IMG/VR virus record: IMGVR_UViG_3300042893_000600
Coordinates: 57,196-77,195 of that record
Length of the DNA stretch: 20,000 nucleotides
Strand: one strand, 5' to 3'
Origin: an uncultured virus (IMG/VR IMGVR_UViG_3300042893_000600)
Lineage: Duplodnaviria; Heunggongvirae; Uroviricota; Caudoviricetes
Shown here: positions 17,648-20,000 of the stretch, piece by piece
Numbering within the stretch: the first letter of the stretch is position 1
How the letters are laid out: the number at the start of each line of letters is the position of its first letter
Notes under the pieces: model-generated
The model's database searches: none
Told to the model about the DNA's origin: nothing
The model's input: the letters and a program-made list of their open reading frames with translations, nothing else
Translations under genes and position numbers: made by a program

Positions 17648-18802
17648 TTATTCCTGATTTATAATCGAAGCAATAACTTCGATGTCTTCCTTAACTAGTC
17701 CTTGATGATTAGGAACATAAAAACCTTGTTTATCAATAATATCGGCATTTGGTAAATCTGTCAAACGTCCGTATCGTTTGATCCAGAAAGGTTTGTTTGC
17801 CATATTGCCAGCAATTAAGGGACGAGTTTCAATATTGTTTTGTTTAAGTTTTTCTATAATTTTATTTCTATTGGGCAATACAACAGGGTATGCGAAATTT
17901 GAAACAAAGTCGTTATCTCGTTGCGCAAGTAATAATTTGTTATTGTTAATTAGTTCTTTATAAATTAAAAAGTTTTTGTTACGTATCCGACTGTACTTAT
18001 CCAACTTGTCAACTGCTCCAAGTCCAATGAACGCCTGTAAATCTGTTGATCTAACATTGAGTCCCGGTACGTAAAATGTATATAATGCTTCAAAGTCAGT
18101 TACATTGGCTTGCTTTCTTAATTCTTGTTGTTTACTTGTTGGCAAATCTCTATCCCATCCATGACTACGCATCATTAGTAATCCGTGATAAAATTCTTCA
18201 TTATCAGTATTAATAAACCCGCCTTCGATGGTGCTTAAATGATGACCAAAGTAAGTGGAGAACAGCGACGCAATACCAAATGATCCTAAATACTTTCCTT
18301 GATATTTAGAACCCATTGATTCGCAATTATCTTCTACTAATAGAACTCCGTATTCTTCGCACAAGTGTACTATTCTTTGTATATCTGGTACTAATCCTAA
18401 TGGAGTTACCAAAATGAATACAGATGGTTCAAACTCTTTAAAAATAGTTTCTAAGTGGGCAAGGTCGCACGATAGGTCAACTAAATTACAGTCACATAGA
18501 CGTGTTTCAAAATTTAACAGCATAGGGGAACTTACATCGGTAGACCAACTCAGTGCCGGAGCAACTAATCGATTATTCTTTAAGAAACCAAACTCTTTTA
18601 ATACTGCTAACGAAAGTAAAATAGCTGACGAGCCTGAGTTGACAAATACAGAATATTTTGTTCCTATCTTCTTTGCCCATTTGCGTTCTAACTCAATTGT
18701 TAATTCGCCTTTGGTTAATCGAGGAATCGTATCCTGCGATAGCCATTCTACAAGTTTAGCAATGTCAGATTTATCAATAGTATCACTGACCAAATTTATC
18801 AT
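17648..18802 (-). CDS. colD: PLP-dependent GDP-4-keto-6-deoxy-D-mannose 3-dehydratase (ColD-like; DegT/DnrJ fold)
   Basis: VNSGSSA, EDNCESMG, FSTYFGHHLSTIEGG (His at the usual Lys position), RSHGWDRDLP, PGLNVR, IETRP, NHQ; TAAGGA SD at 18809-18814. Confidence 0.8.
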   Translation of the reverse strand: MINLVSDTIDKSDIAKLVEWLSQDTIPRLTKGELTIELERKWAKKIGTKYSVFVNSGSSAILLSLAVLKEFGFLKNNRLVAPALSWSTDVSSPMLLNFETRLCDCNLVDLSCDLAHLETIFKEFEPSVFILVTPLGLVPDIQRIVHLCEEYGVLLVEDNCESMGSKYQGKYLGSFGIASLFSTYFGHHLSTIEGGFINTDNEEFYHGLLMMRSHGWDRDLPTSKQQELRKQANVTDFEALYTFYVPGLNVRSTDLQAFIGLGAVDKLDKYSRIRNKNFLIYKELINNNKLLLAQRDNDFVSNFAYPVVLPNRNKIIEKLKQNNIETRPLIAGNMANKPFWIKRYGRLTDLPNADIIDKQGFYVPNHQGLVKEDIEVIASIINQE

Positions 18803-19679
18803 ACGTTTTCCTTATGCCATCTCGTAAGGTAGTTAAACCAAACTCTGGAAATATTTTTGTTAACTTACTTATACTAACATCTTTTCGAAGTTGTCCATTA
18901 GGCATAGTTGTATCCCAGTTTATTGATAGATGAGTAGCATCACATACATCTAACGCAATTTCAGCAATTTCTTTTATAGTTAATGTTTCGTTTGTGGCAA
19001 CATTAAAACTTTCAGTAATATTATTATCTATTACAAATTTAATAACATTACAAAAATCATCAACATGCATAAATTGTCTTAACGGTGTACCATCTCCGAA
19101 TAAAGTAATAGAGTTATCATTATTTTGTTTAGCTTGCCATATCTTTTTAATTAAGGCTGTTACAAAATGACTGTTATTGCCATGCTTGTCTCCTTCTCCA
19201 AAAAGATTACACGGAATAAGATAGCTATATTGTGTGTTGTATTGTGTATTGTACGCATCAATTTGTACTCCTAAACATCGCTTTGCATAACCGTATGAAA
19301 AATTAGTAGGAGTAGGCGGCCCTAAATGTAGCATGTTTTCGTCGAGTGGGTATGTCTCAACTACATCCGGATAAATGCAAGTGCTTAATACTCCAATGAA
19401 TTTCTTTACATTATACGCATGGGCGTATTTTACTAATAATGTATTCATCAGTATATTTTCAGTAAAGTACGGTGCTGGATTATTAATGTTATCAATGATT
19501 CCGCCAACTTTAGCGGCAAGGTGAATAATACAATCTGGTTCTAATTCTTTATACATGTTGATTACATGTTGTTCGCAAGTTAAGTCATAATCTGCCGATG
19601 ACAAATATATTGCGTCTGAAATATATTTTTTTAAATTGGCACCGACTAATCCACTTCCGCCAGTTACAACTATTTTCAT
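18783..19679 (-). CDS. fcl: GDP-L-fucose synthase / GDP-colitose synthase (Fcl/ColC-like epimerase-reductase)
   Basis: Start reassigned to ATG 19679 (MKIVVTGGSGLVG), which overlaps the upstream stop as ATGA; HLAAKVGGI, STCIYP, YGYAK, SHF, GDGTPLRQFMHVDD. Confidence 0.88.
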   Translation of the reverse strand: MKIVVTGGSGLVGANLKKYISDAIYLSSADYDLTCEQHVINMYKELEPDCIIHLAAKVGGIIDNINNPAPYFTENILMNTLLVKYAHAYNVKKFIGVLSTCIYPDVVETYPLDENMLHLGPPTPTNFSYGYAKRCLGVQIDAYNTQYNTQYSYLIPCNLFGEGDKHGNNSHFVTALIKKIWQAKQNNDNSITLFGDGTPLRQFMHVDDFCNVIKFVIDNNITESFNVATNETLTIKEIAEIALDVCDATHLSINWDTTMPNGQLRKDVSISKLTKIFPEFGLTTLRDGIRKTYDKFGQ

Positions 19680-20000
19680 TGTTTTCTCTCTATATCTTCT
19701 TCTATACATTCTGTACCGTATTGTATTTCCACAATACGACAAACCGCTTCGAACGGATTATGTATTTTATGCCAATTGCCCAAAGGTATTACTACCTGAG
19801 AATGTTGTGTTAATGTTAGCATAGGCAATGCGTAGCCGCTCGTCAACTGCTGTTCTAATACGCATTGTCCTTCAGCAACGTGCCAAAATTCGTGACGTTT
19901 TAAATGCCGTTGCATGCTTAATGATTGTCCCGGTTCTATAGTAAGCTCTTTTACTTTACAACCGTTTACATCATATAGTACTTGATAGTAACCCCATGTA
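19676..20000 (-). CDS. Cupin domain, mannose-6-phosphate isomerase type II C-terminal-like (5' end outside the window)
   Basis: The frame stays open upstream of the ORF-track Met to the window edge: TWGYYQVLYDVNGCKVKELTIEPGQSLSMQRHLKRHEFWHVAEG...WHKIHNP...IVEIQYG...EEDIER, matching the ManC/PMI C-terminal cupin pattern. Confidence 0.85.
   Translation of the reverse strand, partial: TWGYYQVLYDVNGCKVKELTIEPGQSLSMQRHLKRHEFWHVAEGQCVLEQQLTSGYALPMLTLTQHSQVVIPLGNWHKIHNPFEAVCRIVEIQYGTECIEEDIERKQ

Noticed and set aside
17648..18802. Perosamine synthase / DegT aminotransferase call
   Set aside because: The catalytic Lys position holds His, and the flanking motifs (EDNCESMG, HGWxRxLP, PGxNVR) match ColD.
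2154..18827. Short ORFs (61-137 aa) in the ORF track, e.g. 2154..2399, 2252..2500, 4910..5251, 5849..6076, 7646..7840, 9406..9618, 13155..13406, 18414..18827, considered as RiPP precursors
   Set aside because: All lie antisense to, or in an alternate frame of, long motif-bearing genes, with no leader/core or repeat pattern; most likely shadow ORFs.
19680..19742. N-terminal extension MSYCGNTIRYRMYRRRYREKT on the Fcl-like ORF
   Set aside because: It overlaps the cupin coding region; the Rossmann motif starts at ATG 19679, which forms an ATGA overlap with the cupin stop.
1..20000. CRISPR arrays, tRNA/rRNA, IS elements, introns/inteins, tandem DNA repeats, stop-codon recoding
   Set aside because: No gap exceeds 38 bp, no nucleotide repeats or transposase/intein motifs were seen by eye, and ORFs are full length under the standard code.
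1..20000. Eukaryotic giant-virus origin (these also encode gmd/fcl)
   Set aside because: Overlapping operon-style genes and Shine-Dalgarno sites indicate prokaryotic translation; a bacterial chromosome is not excluded.

Overview
AT-rich, densely packed window with no tRNA, rRNA, CRISPR or mobile element. Bases 1-15323 hold a tandem array of 11 diverged radical SAM genes (10 complete, 1 partial at the left edge), all with CxxxCxxC. Seven have a Cys-rich twitch/SPASM-like domain at the N-terminus, before the catalytic core. The array is interspersed with a short SDR, a probable 2OG-Fe(II) oxygenase, and a nitroreductase-fold protein carrying a large insert with a phycobiliprotein-like KCxRDIG motif. 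Bases 15311-20000 are a converging minus-strand nucleotide-sugar operon: an MPI-type cupin (partial), an Fcl/ColC-like reductase, a ColD-like PLP 3-dehydratase (His in place of the Schiff-base Lys), Gmd, and a protein with a GT10 fucosyltransferase-like motif. This points to GDP-colitose/fucose synthesis and transfer. A TAAATA motif lies just upstream of ATG at transcription-unit heads, resembling a T4-like late promoter, and some internal genes have Shine-Dalgarno sites. A large bacteriophage is therefore the most likely source, but this is inference because no phage hallmark gene is in the window. Working hypothesis: a late-expressed radical-chemistry plus glycosylation locus that modifies virion proteins, glycans or DNA. 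All family calls are from motif recognition; no database searches were run.
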